From Patescibacteria group bacterium (GTDB lineage Bacteria > Patescibacteriota > Microgenomatia > UBA10105 > UBA927): a DNA stretch of 64,000 nt. Both the position numbers and the translations under genes were made by a program. Positions 39,201-49,561 of the stretch are shown here, piece after piece (position 1 is the first letter of the stretch; every line of letters starts with the position of its first letter). The notes beneath the pieces were generated by a model. The model was not told the DNA's origin. It ran no database searches and saw only the letters and a program-made list of their open reading frames with translations. The stretch is taken from contig JBMOPU010000033.1 of NCBI GenBank assembly GCA_049322955.1, forward strand, positions 784 to 64,783. Direction: 5' to 3'.

Positions 39201-39994
39201 ACTACGATGTGATCATGACAAGAGTTCCCAACAGCAAAGGACTCGGGCTTGCCACCGAAATATATCGCCCCAAAAAAGACGGTAAACTCCCCGTCGTGTT
39301 TCTGTTCCACGGATTTACGGGTTATAAGGAAAGTACAGATTTGGTTGATTTCGCCGATCGCTTTGCGAGCAAAGGAATTGTTGCCGTGCGTTTTACGTCC
39401 TCGGGGTTCGGCGACAGTGACGGTACGCTTGCCGACGATTACCGTTTCACGAACTACCGGAGTGACGCCGAAAGCGTATATCAGTACGTTGCCCGACTCG
39501 CCTATGCGGATACAACGCGAATGGGAGTAGTAGGGCACAGCATGGGAGGGAAGTTAGCCGTTCTTTTTTGCGCCGATCATCCCGATGTAACGGTACTCGG
39601 TGTGCTTGCGGCTCCCGTGACTTTTTTGGGAACCGCCTACGGACCGCTTCTCAAGGAATGGCGGGAAATAGGCTACTTTGAAAAAGTAAGCGGACGCGAT
39701 CAGAAAACGATTCGCATTCCGTACGAGTATGTGACCGATGTCGAAGGCGCTGAACATGATGTGCTTGCCGCCGCCGCAACCATAACGCATGCCGATACGT
39801 TAGTGATGGCAGGTCTTGCCGACACGGAGGTTCCCTGGCAGGAAACAAAGCGTATATTTGATGCCTTGCCGTCTAAAAAAACCTGGAGTTTATTACCCGG
39901 AGTTCCCCATAAATACGGGCATCAGAAGGCGCTTATTCCGGTGGTAAATACGCCCGTGGCAGAATTTATCGCCGCCCGTCTCCTACGGGATTAA
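39197..39994 (+). CDS. alpha/beta hydrolase
   Basis: GHSMGGKLA nucleophile elbow; 4-nt overlap with the previous hydrolase gene (tandem paralogs). Confidence 0.6.
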   Translation: MNYDVIMTRVPNSKGLGLATEIYRPKKDGKLPVVFLFHGFTGYKESTDLVDFADRFASKGIVAVRFTSSGFGDSDGTLADDYRFTNYRSDAESVYQYVARLAYADTTRMGVVGHSMGGKLAVLFCADHPDVTVLGVLAAPVTFLGTAYGPLLKEWREIGYFEKVSGRDQKTIRIPYEYVTDVEGAEHDVLAAAATITHADTLVMAGLADTEVPWQETKRIFDALPSKKTWSLLPGVPHKYGHQKALIPVVNTPVAEFIAARLLRD

Positions 39995-40653
39995 AGAGAG
40001 AGATTCGGCAGGTGCGGTTCCGTTCGGTTGACTGCCACTCGAGGTTCATATTTTTTAATATCGGGAAGAATTTCCATAGGATTTAAAGCGACCCCATGCT
40101 GGGCAATCTCAAGATGCAAATGGTTTCCCGTTGCCCATCCGGTGGCGCCGACGGTACCGAGCTCGGTTTCCTTCCCCACGACTTGCCCGGTCGTTACGTC
40201 AATGCGCGACATATGAGCATAGATAGACGTCATTCCTTCTTTGTGGGACACGATGACATGCTTGCCGTACCCGCCGCTTACGGTGCCCGCGAAGGTGACG
40301 GTACCGTCCGTAACGGGATATATGGGAGTGCCTGCTGGATTGGTCAGATCGAGTCCGGGATGCCCGCCCGCAAAGTATTGCGATATACCGAAGGTAGCCA
40401 GCGGCCAGCGGAATAGGGAAGGAGCAACAACGGCATCGACCGTGGTCACATGGGTATCAAAGTAGAGTTCGGTCGAGTCAAAGCCCGCCTGTGTGGAAGG
40501 CACGACCACGCCCAAAAAAACGGCAAGGGCGATTAAGGGAACGCCGATGAGCTCGAACGCCTGCTTGTGCTCGATTTTGGTCCGTATCCAGTGGCTCAGA
40601 CGGTTGCTTCCTCGATACGGCTTGGTGAGCCATGTAAGGGCATGTTTGATCAT
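39991..40653 (-). CDS. M23 family metallopeptidase (LytM domain)
   Basis: HxxxD (GGHPGLD) and HLHLE motifs; N-terminal TM. Confidence 0.75.
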   Translation of the reverse strand: MIKHALTWLTKPYRGSNRLSHWIRTKIEHKQAFELIGVPLIALAVFLGVVVPSTQAGFDSTELYFDTHVTTVDAVVAPSLFRWPLATFGISQYFAGGHPGLDLTNPAGTPIYPVTDGTVTFAGTVSGGYGKHVIVSHKEGMTSIYAHMSRIDVTTGQVVGKETELGTVGATGWATGNHLHLEIAQHGVALNPMEILPDIKKYEPRVAVNRTEPHLPNLSL

Positions 40654-40794
40654 AGATTGAACCTACTAAAAAACCACTCGGGAGGAGTGGTTCAATACCC
40701 CGTATTGTAGCGTAAAAAAGCCCCAAAGTCAAATTATAGGATACTGTCAGCATTGCCGTTTGCTTGCCTTATGTGGTATGATCGAACTCAATTT

Positions 40795-41682
40795 ATGAAG
40801 CGTAAAATCGGCTTTTTCCTCGTTGTCATCGTTATCCTCCTTGTTATCGGCGGTGTGATTAAGCTCCTGGTTAACAGGGCCCCCAAAGAAGGCGAGTTGC
40901 GGGTGGATGCGAGCCCCAATGTGAGCGTATTTTTGGATAATAAGCATATCGGCAGAACCCCGCTTCGTGAGAAGGTTGCCGCAGGTGAATACACGATCCG
41001 ACTGGTTGCGGATTCGACTACCGACGATATTGCTCCCTGGCAATCAAAAATTTTCGTGGGTCCTAACCTTTTGACGTTTGTAAATGCCGTCCTCTCGGAT
41101 TCGGAGCTCTCGTCGGCCGTGGATGTGCTGTGGTTGGAAAAGAGCGTGGTCGGCAAACCGGAGCTTTCGATTGTGACCAATCCCGACGGTGCCTCCGTGG
41201 TACTCGATGATGTGACCAAAGGGATAACGCCGCTTACCATTTCCGATGTCGCGGCGGGAGATCACACGCTCACCGTCACCTCTCCCGGCTTTTTGACACG
41301 CACCATGAAAGTAAAACTCACTACCGGATATAAGCTTATTACCAGTATGAAACTCGCGTTATCTGCCGCAGGCAGTCAGCCTCAGGAATCGACGAGTGCA
41401 GCGGTTGTGCCAACCACTCCTACGCCGTCAACCAAAGCAGGGGAAACGGCAACTTCGTCGGGAACCGCCACTCCCCAAAAACCGTACGCTACGATTAAAG
41501 ATACCCCTACGGGTTTTTTGAGAGTGCGCATGGAGCCTTCAACGGGAGCTACCGAAGCGGGCAGAGTCAAACCGGGGGAAAAGTATCATATCTTTAACCA
41601 GCAAACCGGGTGGTACCAGATATCCCATGACGGTACCAACAAAGGCTGGATATCCGCCCAATACGCAGATAAAACTGAGTAA
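40795..41682 (+). CDS. PEGA-domain surface protein with C-terminal SH3b domain
   Basis: N-terminal TM; two PEGA-like repeats (NPDGASVVLDD..GITPL); Thr/Pro linker; SH3b-like GFLRVRMEPS...GWYQISHDGTNKGWISAQY. Confidence 0.5.
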   Translation: MKRKIGFFLVVIVILLVIGGVIKLLVNRAPKEGELRVDASPNVSVFLDNKHIGRTPLREKVAAGEYTIRLVADSTTDDIAPWQSKIFVGPNLLTFVNAVLSDSELSSAVDVLWLEKSVVGKPELSIVTNPDGASVVLDDVTKGITPLTISDVAAGDHTLTVTSPGFLTRTMKVKLTTGYKLITSMKLALSAAGSQPQESTSAAVVPTTPTPSTKAGETATSSGTATPQKPYATIKDTPTGFLRVRMEPSTGATEAGRVKPGEKYHIFNQQTGWYQISHDGTNKGWISAQYADKTE

Positions 41683-41688
41683 TCTTCT

Positions 41689-42024
41689 ATGCCGGTTATT
41701 GCCGAAAAAGCCGCGATCCATCACACCCGAGAAGGAGTGAACGCTTCATATTATCAATTTCCTGATATAAGCGGAGGAACCACCGTAGCGACCGCCACAT
41801 TCACAGGGCCTCACGGTGAACGTACCCTCGGTGACCATCCGCGAATATATGTGGTGACGGAAGGAAAAGGTGATGTTATCATCGACAAGCAAGTTACTGA
41901 GGTGCGTGCCGGTGATGTGATTGCGATTCCCCCTCATGCGACCTACGACCTTACTCCCAAAGAAGGAAAACTCTGCGTTATTCTGTTTATGGAGCTGTTA
42001 GATACGTCAAAACTTCCGAAGTAG
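41689..42024 (+). CDS. cupin-domain protein
   Basis: RIYVVTEGKGDVII...AGDVIAIPPHATY matches the cupin_2 two-motif pattern; 111 aa. Confidence 0.5.
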   Translation: MPVIAEKAAIHHTREGVNASYYQFPDISGGTTVATATFTGPHGERTLGDHPRIYVVTEGKGDVIIDKQVTEVRAGDVIAIPPHATYDLTPKEGKLCVILFMELLDTSKLPK

Positions 42025-42029
42025 GATAT

Positions 42030-42968
42030 TTACCCCCCTATGCCGTAGATGACGAAGAGGGTTGCTCCCACCCACAGTACGACTGTGGAAAGAAGCGGCA
42101 AATCGGTGGTGAGAATCTGTTCCGGTGATTCACCTTTCCCGTGATAGATAAGTTGCATGTACCGCATGATGCCGTACAGCACAAAGGGAATCGTCATCAT
42201 CATCCACTTCCGATCGGGGATTCCGATGACAAAATCACTGTAGTTTCTAAATATTATTCCCTGAGTAATGGGTCGTTCCAGAAAAGTAAAATACGTATAG
42301 GAAATAAACGTACTGGTCGCAAACATTGACGTATAGGCGTCCAGAAGCTTTTCCGAGTAATGGGAAAGCGCCGCCCGCGTATCTTTGGGTGAGGCATCAC
42401 CGGATCCTTGGATAAGAGTGAGTTCCGCCCGCCTTTTTCCGATAGCAAGAAATAGCGCAAGCGATAATGCGGCGAGCGCCAGCCAGATGGAGATATGATA
42501 ACCGCTGGCGGCTTCTCCGGCGTAGACGCGCAACACGTACCCCGTCGTTATGGCGATAATATCGACGACCGAAATATGCTTTAACACCACGGAGTATGAA
42601 TACTGCAGAATGATAAAGCCGACGGAGAAAAGAAAGAACGTATGTCCTACGGAACTGGCGATGGCAAGTCCACCCGCGAGCATCAAAAGCGACACCAACA
42701 GTGCCGTCTTAATGGGAAGTTTGCCGCTTGCGACGGGACGGAATTTTTTGAACGGGTGACGCCTGTCTGCGGGCGCATCGAGCACGTCATTTAATATATA
42801 GTTCGATGAGGAAAGCAAACAAAACGAGATGAAGCCTAAAATCGTGGCGATAAAAAGCGGTCCATAGAAGAGTTGCCCCGTAAAAAATATCGTGGTGAAC
42901 AACGCCAGATTTTTTAGCCACTGTCGTGGTCTCGCTGCTTTGAGAATTGCGTAAAGTAGCTGACCCAT
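42030..42968 (-). CDS. UbiA-family prenyltransferase (decaprenyl-phosphate phosphoribosyltransferase-like)
   Basis: RPRQWLKN then NDVLDAPADRRHP (NDxxDxxxD); 8-9 TM helices. Confidence 0.65.
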   Translation of the reverse strand: MGQLLYAILKAARPRQWLKNLALFTTIFFTGQLFYGPLFIATILGFISFCLLSSSNYILNDVLDAPADRRHPFKKFRPVASGKLPIKTALLVSLLMLAGGLAIASSVGHTFFLFSVGFIILQYSYSVVLKHISVVDIIAITTGYVLRVYAGEAASGYHISIWLALAALSLALFLAIGKRRAELTLIQGSGDASPKDTRAALSHYSEKLLDAYTSMFATSTFISYTYFTFLERPITQGIIFRNYSDFVIGIPDRKWMMMTIPFVLYGIMRYMQLIYHGKGESPEQILTTDLPLLSTVVLWVGATLFVIYGIGG

Positions 42969-43990
42969 ACAAAAAACATGGTCAACGCAACAGCCACAGC
43001 AATAAACGCAAACACTTTAAGCGTGCTTGTGACTGTGAGTGAGACCAGCCCCAGTATAGCCGAGACTCCCCAGTAAAACAAGGCTATCTGCGGTTTGCTC
43101 CATCCGAGATCCAGAAGTTTATGATGGAGGTGTCCGCGGTCGGCAAGGACGGGAGATTTTTTGGTCCCGATACGACGGACAAGGGTTGCCACCGCATCGA
43201 GCATAGGGATGCCGAGGACAAGCAACGCCGTGCCCAATTTGGCAAATGATAAAATTCCCAAAAGTGCCAGAAAGAATCCCGCAAGTGTCTTACCGCCGTA
43301 GCCGGGCATAATCCGTTGCGGATAAAAGTTCCAGGGAAGAAAGCCGAGGTATGCGCCGGTGACGATAAACGCAAGAATGGTTACCCAGATTTGCTGAGGA
43401 TCAAGGAGACTATAACGAAGCGACAAAAGCCCTAAGACAAACGCGGATATGGCGACATAGCCGGGCATTTGTCCGTCAACGCCCGCACTCCATCCGATGA
43501 TATTCATCGTCCAGACTATCCAAATAACGGCAAGGACGTGCGGTAGACCCACGGTTATATCGAAGGGGAGCGTAACGCTCCACGCCGCAAGCGGCAGTAC
43601 CCCGCCGGTCAGGGGATTGGTGATAAAGGGGATTGAACTGCCGGTTATAACAACAAGCAGTGCCACCGCCACATTTGTGATAAGCCGTAAATACGGGTTC
43701 ACATCCTTTTTATCATCCATGAGACCCACCACGGTAAGAATGATACTGCCGGCAACAATACCGATAATCTGAGGGGTGATGGGCAGTGTAATAAGGATCG
43801 TTACTCCTATTCCGATAAGAAGCGCCAATCCTCCCGCACGGGGAATAATCCCTTTGTGGGTATGGGCGGGGTGATACCGATGTTTTGGGTCATCCACCAG
43901 CCCGAACCTGCGGGCAAGTCTCATAACCAGCGGGGTTGTCACTCCGGTAATTAATGCCGCGATAAGTAATGGAGGAAGAAACGGTGTCAT
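42914..43990 (-). CDS. GT4-family polyprenyl-phosphate N-acetylhexosamine-1-phosphate transferase (WecA/MraY-like)
   Basis: 10-11 TM helices; GLVDD and MPGYGG-type loops typical of MraY/WecA. Confidence 0.6.
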   Translation of the reverse strand: MTPFLPPLLIAALITGVTTPLVMRLARRFGLVDDPKHRYHPAHTHKGIIPRAGGLALLIGIGVTILITLPITPQIIGIVAGSIILTVVGLMDDKKDVNPYLRLITNVAVALLVVITGSSIPFITNPLTGGVLPLAAWSVTLPFDITVGLPHVLAVIWIVWTMNIIGWSAGVDGQMPGYVAISAFVLGLLSLRYSLLDPQQIWVTILAFIVTGAYLGFLPWNFYPQRIMPGYGGKTLAGFFLALLGILSFAKLGTALLVLGIPMLDAVATLVRRIGTKKSPVLADRGHLHHKLLDLGWSKPQIALFYWGVSAILGLVSLTVTSTLKVFAFIAVAVALTMFFVWVSYFTQFSKQRDHDSG

Positions 43991-44380
43991 TTAGCTGATG
44001 AGCGTAATGATACGAACTACAATAATGGTGCTGATCACGGAAATAAGGAGCGAGGTAAGTGACAATACCCTGGCAAACATGGGATGATCTTTTGCCGATC
44101 GCGCGACCATACTGCGGTTCACCATATACACGATAATTGCGGTGAGTATGGGTATCGTCAGAAAAAACGGTGAAGCGAGCCGTTCCTCACCCCACGGTTT
44201 GCTGTACCAGATAGGGATTTTTGGCGGCAACAGCCGCCAGGCTAACCCGAGGGTGGATGCGCCGATAACCGCCTGTGCGATAACGGCAACCCTCGCGAGC
44301 CGCTGTTCCCACGTGGTATCGGTATATCTGAGGCTCTCAAGGAGTCCGTCAGCTTTTTGGATGGGGAGGGTAAATTTCAT
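43991..44380 (-). CDS. small membrane protein, hypothetical
   Basis: 3 TM helices; 4-nt overlap with the upstream GT-C gene. Confidence 0.3.
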   Translation of the reverse strand: MKFTLPIQKADGLLESLRYTDTTWEQRLARVAVIAQAVIGASTLGLAWRLLPPKIPIWYSKPWGEERLASPFFLTIPILTAIIVYMVNRSMVARSAKDHPMFARVLSLTSLLISVISTIIVVRIITLIS

Positions 44381-45714
44381 AGCGGCATCCGATAAACGAC
44401 ATCAAACGTTCCGTCGGTATGGATAAGAAATGCTCGACTCGGATATATGGGATAATCGCGTACCATGCGGGACGGTGTTATAAGCGCATCGCCTATATAC
44501 CAGGGGAAAATATTATCGTTGGGGTTGTACAAATATACTTTGGACGAATCTTTCGTGTAGTACAGCGTTTCCAGATAAATCAACGAGTCGGAAGCCAACA
44601 CCACATCGCCGGGTTTCATCAGGGCATGCACCTGTTCAAACGTTTCCCGTACCGGTGTTTTGGCATGGAACGGTGCATACCACCAGTTGATCCAGATTAC
44701 TCCTGCAAACAGGATTGCCGCCGTTATTTTTTGGAGTAAGGGTTTTCGTATTGCCGCAAGTGCCGCGGTGACTACCAATACTTCCGCTACGGTTACGGGA
44801 ATAAGGTATCTATTTACAAATAACGGTTTGATAAACGATATGCCGATAATACCGATAAGGGGGATAAGCCCGAAAAAAAGCAAAAGACGCACATGTTCCC
44901 TCATTTTGCTCCCCGCGATTGCTCCCCAACCCGCAAGCACGATGCCGAGTGACAGATAACGGGTATATTTCCATCCGAACCACGGGGTACCTTCGTAGCC
45001 GACAAACATATTGCCGAGGACGGATCTGACAAGTTGCACATCAACCGGGAAGTACCATGACGACTTCATGCGACCCATCTCAAGGCCGATACGGATAAGC
45101 CAGGGCACCATCAAAAGTACGGCCAGGGCGACACTGCGAACGCCGGAATCTTTTGCAACACGCCCCAGCATGCGGAGAAAAGATTGATGCTTTTGGAAAA
45201 GCTGATGCCGCTCTACAAACAGCCGGTGCAAAAACAGGGCGCCGACAAACGGCAGGATATAAACGTGGGTATAGAACCCGAGAACCGCCGCTACCACAAA
45301 CCATAGCCACCGTTTTGTGGCATAGGCGTATAGCGTTGCCGTCGCAAAAAATATATACCAGCCGTACGTGCGCACTTCAAACGCGTAATACAACAACATC
45401 GGGTTAACGAAGAAGAAAAGCGGCACAAACCAAGCGAGCCAGTGTTTTTTATAAAGTTGATCCGCCCATTCGATGATGATGACCGTGGCAAGCAAAAATC
45501 CTACGAGCGACAGACTTCGCGCGGCAAGTTCACTCGTGCCGAATATCTTGATCCAAAAGTGAAGCATGGTGTAGTAAAGCGGCGGTTCAAACCCGAGTCG
45601 GGTGAAGATAAACGAAAGAGATTCCTTTGCGGCGAGCACCGAAAACGCCTCATCCCGCCAAAAACTCTGCACAAGATAGAGAAGCGGGGTATGCGACAGC
45701 AGATAATTCAACAT
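44377..45714 (-). CDS. GT-C fold membrane glycosyltransferase (ArnT/PMT-like)
   Basis: 445 aa, about 11 TM helices; N-terminal RDE-containing loop; resembles the 1179..2774 protein. Confidence 0.5.
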   Translation of the reverse strand: MLNYLLSHTPLLYLVQSFWRDEAFSVLAAKESLSFIFTRLGFEPPLYYTMLHFWIKIFGTSELAARSLSLVGFLLATVIIIEWADQLYKKHWLAWFVPLFFFVNPMLLYYAFEVRTYGWYIFFATATLYAYATKRWLWFVVAAVLGFYTHVYILPFVGALFLHRLFVERHQLFQKHQSFLRMLGRVAKDSGVRSVALAVLLMVPWLIRIGLEMGRMKSSWYFPVDVQLVRSVLGNMFVGYEGTPWFGWKYTRYLSLGIVLAGWGAIAGSKMREHVRLLLFFGLIPLIGIIGISFIKPLFVNRYLIPVTVAEVLVVTAALAAIRKPLLQKITAAILFAGVIWINWWYAPFHAKTPVRETFEQVHALMKPGDVVLASDSLIYLETLYYTKDSSKVYLYNPNDNIFPWYIGDALITPSRMVRDYPIYPSRAFLIHTDGTFDVVYRMPL

Positions 45715-45723
45715 ACGATGCTA

Positions 45724-47205
45724 TTATATCTTTTCCGTCACGCGATATTCCAGTCGCTTGCCTAACATCAGGCGCGTATGCGCATCGAGTCCCGGAAGTG
45801 CTGACAGGAAGAATGAAATGATGGGAAGGGTGAGCCACTGCAGGTATAAAAGCGGCAGTTTCCATTTGGGGTATGCTTTCGGCGGCGGAGGCTTAATACG
45901 CCAATCAATGATAAAGACGATAAGCAAGAAGATAGTTGATAAGGTAAGGATCCCGGAGGAAATCTGAGCGAGATTATGACCGAGAACCGTTCTGCCGAAT
46001 ACGGGATTAATAAGCGGGGGAACGGTACTGCCTATCGTCAGAATAAACCAATTGGTCGGCCAAAGAATGTGATGTTCAAGAAGCGATGAAACGCGCCGTA
46101 CCCGTTCGGAAAGTTTAATTTCGGGATGGAGAAACGATTGCCGTATCACATAAGGGATATCGGATACGCCCCATGCCCATCGTTTTGCCTGCTCGTATTG
46201 GTTGACGAACGTGTTCACGAATCCGTGACTTTCCGCGGCATCGACGAGTATCGGCAAGAAAATCGGGCGAACCGATACTTTCTCCCCCCGGGTAAAGAAG
46301 ACGGAAAAGAACATATGATAGTCCTCGGGGATGACATCCACCGCCCAAAACCCTACTTCACGGGCGGTCCGATATGCGAGAGAATACGTCGAAAAATTGA
46401 TGAGTTTCGATTCCTGTGAAAGGAACGCCAAATTCCACATGCTGTTTAACGTATTGAGAAACCTGTTGGGAAGCGGAATTCGCCAGATATTGCTGTAGAA
46501 CATGATGCTTCCCTGGTAGAGGTGGTCAAACCGATTGGTATCGGTCAAAAACTGAAACGCCAGCGCAGAAAAATATTTGGGGTGCGGAAGCGCATCGGCA
46601 TCACAGGAAGTAATGGTCAGCCATTCGTCGGGTATCCGATGTTTTTTGATATAAATATCCGCCTGTTTTGCCGCCCAAGCCATATTCGAAGATTTTCCCG
46701 CAATTTCTCCCGGGGCGAGCGTATGTTGCGTGACCAGAAAATGCCCGAATGTTTTGCCGAACTCTTTTTGAAGAAGCGCGCCCGTTGCTACCGCCGCCGG
46801 ATCTTTCGTTTCAGTCGCAAGCACGATGATCATGCGTTCTGTGGGGAAATCCTGATTGGCAAGGTTTTCAAGCGTCCGTTTTAAAATATGCACGGGCTCC
46901 CGATATTCCGGGATGACGATCATGTGCCAGACGTCATTAAAATGGGGAAACGATTCCGCTTGCGCGCGCCAATTGACCGCGGCGTGCGCCGTATAGGTGA
47001 TAAATGATCGCAATGCATAATTGACCAGTGTCACCGATTTATAAAACCAATACACGTCAAACGTGATGATGAAGTAGGCAACCAACGCTGGGTGCCAGAA
47101 CGAGAGCCATAACGGCATGGTGATGATAATCCATGAGGTGAGCGGTATCGAGATCTCAAGAAGCCGCTGAGTTTTGTTTGGGTAGAGTTCGAATAGCCGG
47201 CGCAT
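45724..47205 (-). CDS. GT2-family membrane glycosyltransferase (processive synthase-like)
   Basis: DxD (SCDADA) and QxxRW (QAKRWAWG) motifs flanked by TM helices. Confidence 0.7.
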   Translation of the reverse strand: MRRLFELYPNKTQRLLEISIPLTSWIIITMPLWLSFWHPALVAYFIITFDVYWFYKSVTLVNYALRSFITYTAHAAVNWRAQAESFPHFNDVWHMIVIPEYREPVHILKRTLENLANQDFPTERMIIVLATETKDPAAVATGALLQKEFGKTFGHFLVTQHTLAPGEIAGKSSNMAWAAKQADIYIKKHRIPDEWLTITSCDADALPHPKYFSALAFQFLTDTNRFDHLYQGSIMFYSNIWRIPLPNRFLNTLNSMWNLAFLSQESKLINFSTYSLAYRTAREVGFWAVDVIPEDYHMFFSVFFTRGEKVSVRPIFLPILVDAAESHGFVNTFVNQYEQAKRWAWGVSDIPYVIRQSFLHPEIKLSERVRRVSSLLEHHILWPTNWFILTIGSTVPPLINPVFGRTVLGHNLAQISSGILTLSTIFLLIVFIIDWRIKPPPPKAYPKWKLPLLYLQWLTLPIISFFLSALPGLDAHTRLMLGKRLEYRVTEKI

Positions 47206-47258
47206 AGAATCAAGCTAAATTATACCATGCGGGAAGCATTACCGCGAAAAGCCGGCGT

Positions 47259-48044
47259 TTAATAAACAAGCCCGAAGAGAGCCTGCGCGTTTCGGGTGGT
47301 AGTTTCCCGTATCTGTGCAACGGGCTTATTCTGAAGCAGGGCAATTTTTTCCGCGATAAGGGGGATATACTTTGGTTCGTTTCGTTTGCCCCGATGGGGA
47401 ACGGGAGTAAGGTACGGTGCATCGGTTTCCAACACAAGTGAATCCTCGGGGATATGGGGGACGACCATGGGCAGTTGCTTCGAATAGGTCACATTGCCGT
47501 CGATACCGATATAAAATCCCAGAGATACGGCAATCCGAAGGTCCTGCTGACTGCCCGAAAAACAGTGAAAAACTCCACGCGGAATTTTAGGAAGACTGGT
47601 TATGATGCCGAATACATCATCAAATGCTTCGCGGCAATGAATGATAACAGGTAAATCATACCTTACCGCCAAATTGAGTTGTTCGATAAATAAGCGTTGT
47701 TGGACGTCTTTCCTTCCCGCCGCGACCTCGCCGCGATACTCATGGTAATCCAAACCGCACTCGCCGATTGCCACGATGAAAGGTTTATTTTCGGGATTGT
47801 TAAGGAGCGTTTCGAGGTAACTCAAATCGGGATTTTTCGGCGCTTCATACGGATGAAACCCTACGGCGGCATAGACGACGGAGGGATGTAATTTTGCAAG
47901 ATGCAATGCCGTACGGCAAGAATTATGATCCACCCCGGGGACGACGAATTGTTTTACTCCCGCTTTTTTGGCATTGCCAATCACCGCGGCCCGATCCGTA
48001 TCGAAATCGGCAAAGTTTAACTGGACGTGGGTATCGATATACAT
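47259..48044 (-). CDS. tatD: TatD-family metal-dependent hydrolase/DNase
   Basis: MYIDTHVQL N-terminus (HxH); conserved E, H, D pattern; start taken at internal Met. Confidence 0.75.
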   Translation of the reverse strand: MYIDTHVQLNFADFDTDRAAVIGNAKKAGVKQFVVPGVDHNSCRTALHLAKLHPSVVYAAVGFHPYEAPKNPDLSYLETLLNNPENKPFIVAIGECGLDYHEYRGEVAAGRKDVQQRLFIEQLNLAVRYDLPVIIHCREAFDDVFGIITSLPKIPRGVFHCFSGSQQDLRIAVSLGFYIGIDGNVTYSKQLPMVVPHIPEDSLVLETDAPYLTPVPHRGKRNEPKYIPLIAEKIALLQNKPVAQIRETTTRNAQALFGLVY

Positions 48045-48081
48045 ACTTTTAACAAGGTAACTCGTACCACTCACCGTTAAT

Positions 48082-49521
48082 TTATGTAAGGCGCGGGAAC
48101 ATGGGCGGTTCGGCTTTTATCGCGGAACCGGAAAATTGTCTGGTGATTTTGTTCGCGGTTTCGGGCATAAACGGCTGTAACAATACCGATATCGCGCGAA
48201 TTGCCTCAACCGATTTTTCAAGTGCCGCACGTTTTTCATCGCCGACAAGTTTCCAGGGAGCGGTGTCATTTATGTATTGATCCGTAGCTTTAATATCGTT
48301 CCATACCGTTTTCACCGCTTCGTCAAATGCAAAGTTTTTTAATGCCGTTTCATACGGGGTTTTTGCCACCGTTATCGCATACGCCTCTGATTTCATCGGT
48401 GCAAAGGTAAGCCCTTCGGCAAGTTTTGCAACTCGGGAAACAAGGTTTCCCAGTCCGTTCGCTAATTCTGCGTTATAGAGCTCTTTAAATCGGCGCTCGG
48501 AAAAATCTCCGTCACTGGTTGCCGGTATTTCACGCAAAAAGTAATAGCGGATCGCGTCGGTGCCGTATTTGTCTATCAACAGGTGAGGGTCGATAACATT
48601 ACCGAGCGTTTTACTCATTTTTTGTCCGTTCACGGTGAAGTATCCGTGAACAAATAATGCCTTCGGTGTCGGAAGTCCTGCGGAAAGCAAAAATGCCGGC
48701 CAATACACCGCGTGGAAGCGGCTGATACCTTTGCCGATTACATGGACATCGGCAGGCCACCATTTATTATATTGAGTTTCATCCCAGCCGAATCCTACTC
48801 CGGATTGGTAGATGTTTAACGCATCAAACCAAACGTACATGCGCTGTGTGTCGTCTCCGGGTACGGGAACTCCCCAGTTTTTCGCGCGTTCATTACTTCG
48901 TGAGATACTGATATCCATAAGCGGCTGTTTGAGGAATGATAACACCTCATTTTTTCTCGATTCGGGAGTAATCGCCAATTTCCCTGAGGTAATCAGATGA
49001 ATGATCTGGGACTGATATTTTGAAAGACGGAAAAAATAATTTTCTTCCTTTACGACTTCCAATTTCTTTCCGGGATGTTCATAACATTCACCGTTTTCAT
49101 TGAGTTCTTCCGGTTCATAAAATGTTTCGCACCCTACGCAGTACAGTCCTTCATAAGATTTTTTATAAATATCTCCTGCCTTGTCGCACAGTTCCCACAG
49201 TTTTTGACTGGCGGGGAAGTGGTTATCGGTATCGCTTCCTTTTTGCCAGATATCAAATTGGCACGCTAATGCCTTCGTAAGCTCGTAAAATTTGATGTTA
49301 TTATCATCGATAAATTCCTGTACGGGAACCCCGGCTTTTTCCGCCGCCTGCACATTCTTTAACGCGTTTTCATCGCCGCCCGAGAGTAATCGCACGTCTT
49401 CACCCAGTAACCTATGAAATCTCGCAATCACATCACCCTGGACAAATTCAAGCGCATGTCCAATATGCGGTGCCGCATTGACGTAAGGAATCGCACAGGT
49501 AATATAGAATTTATTTTGCAT
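48082..49521 (-). CDS. metG: methionyl-tRNA synthetase (short form)
   Basis: HIGH (PHIGHA) and KMSKT motifs; zinc knuckle CVGCETF; 479 aa. Confidence 0.9.
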   Translation of the reverse strand: MQNKFYITCAIPYVNAAPHIGHALEFVQGDVIARFHRLLGEDVRLLSGGDENALKNVQAAEKAGVPVQEFIDDNNIKFYELTKALACQFDIWQKGSDTDNHFPASQKLWELCDKAGDIYKKSYEGLYCVGCETFYEPEELNENGECYEHPGKKLEVVKEENYFFRLSKYQSQIIHLITSGKLAITPESRKNEVLSFLKQPLMDISISRSNERAKNWGVPVPGDDTQRMYVWFDALNIYQSGVGFGWDETQYNKWWPADVHVIGKGISRFHAVYWPAFLLSAGLPTPKALFVHGYFTVNGQKMSKTLGNVIDPHLLIDKYGTDAIRYYFLREIPATSDGDFSERRFKELYNAELANGLGNLVSRVAKLAEGLTFAPMKSEAYAITVAKTPYETALKNFAFDEAVKTVWNDIKATDQYINDTAPWKLVGDEKRAALEKSVEAIRAISVLLQPFMPETANKITRQFSGSAIKAEPPMFPRLT

Positions 49522-49561
49522 ACTCCGTATTTTACTACATTCAATGCATTGCCGAGCGGGA

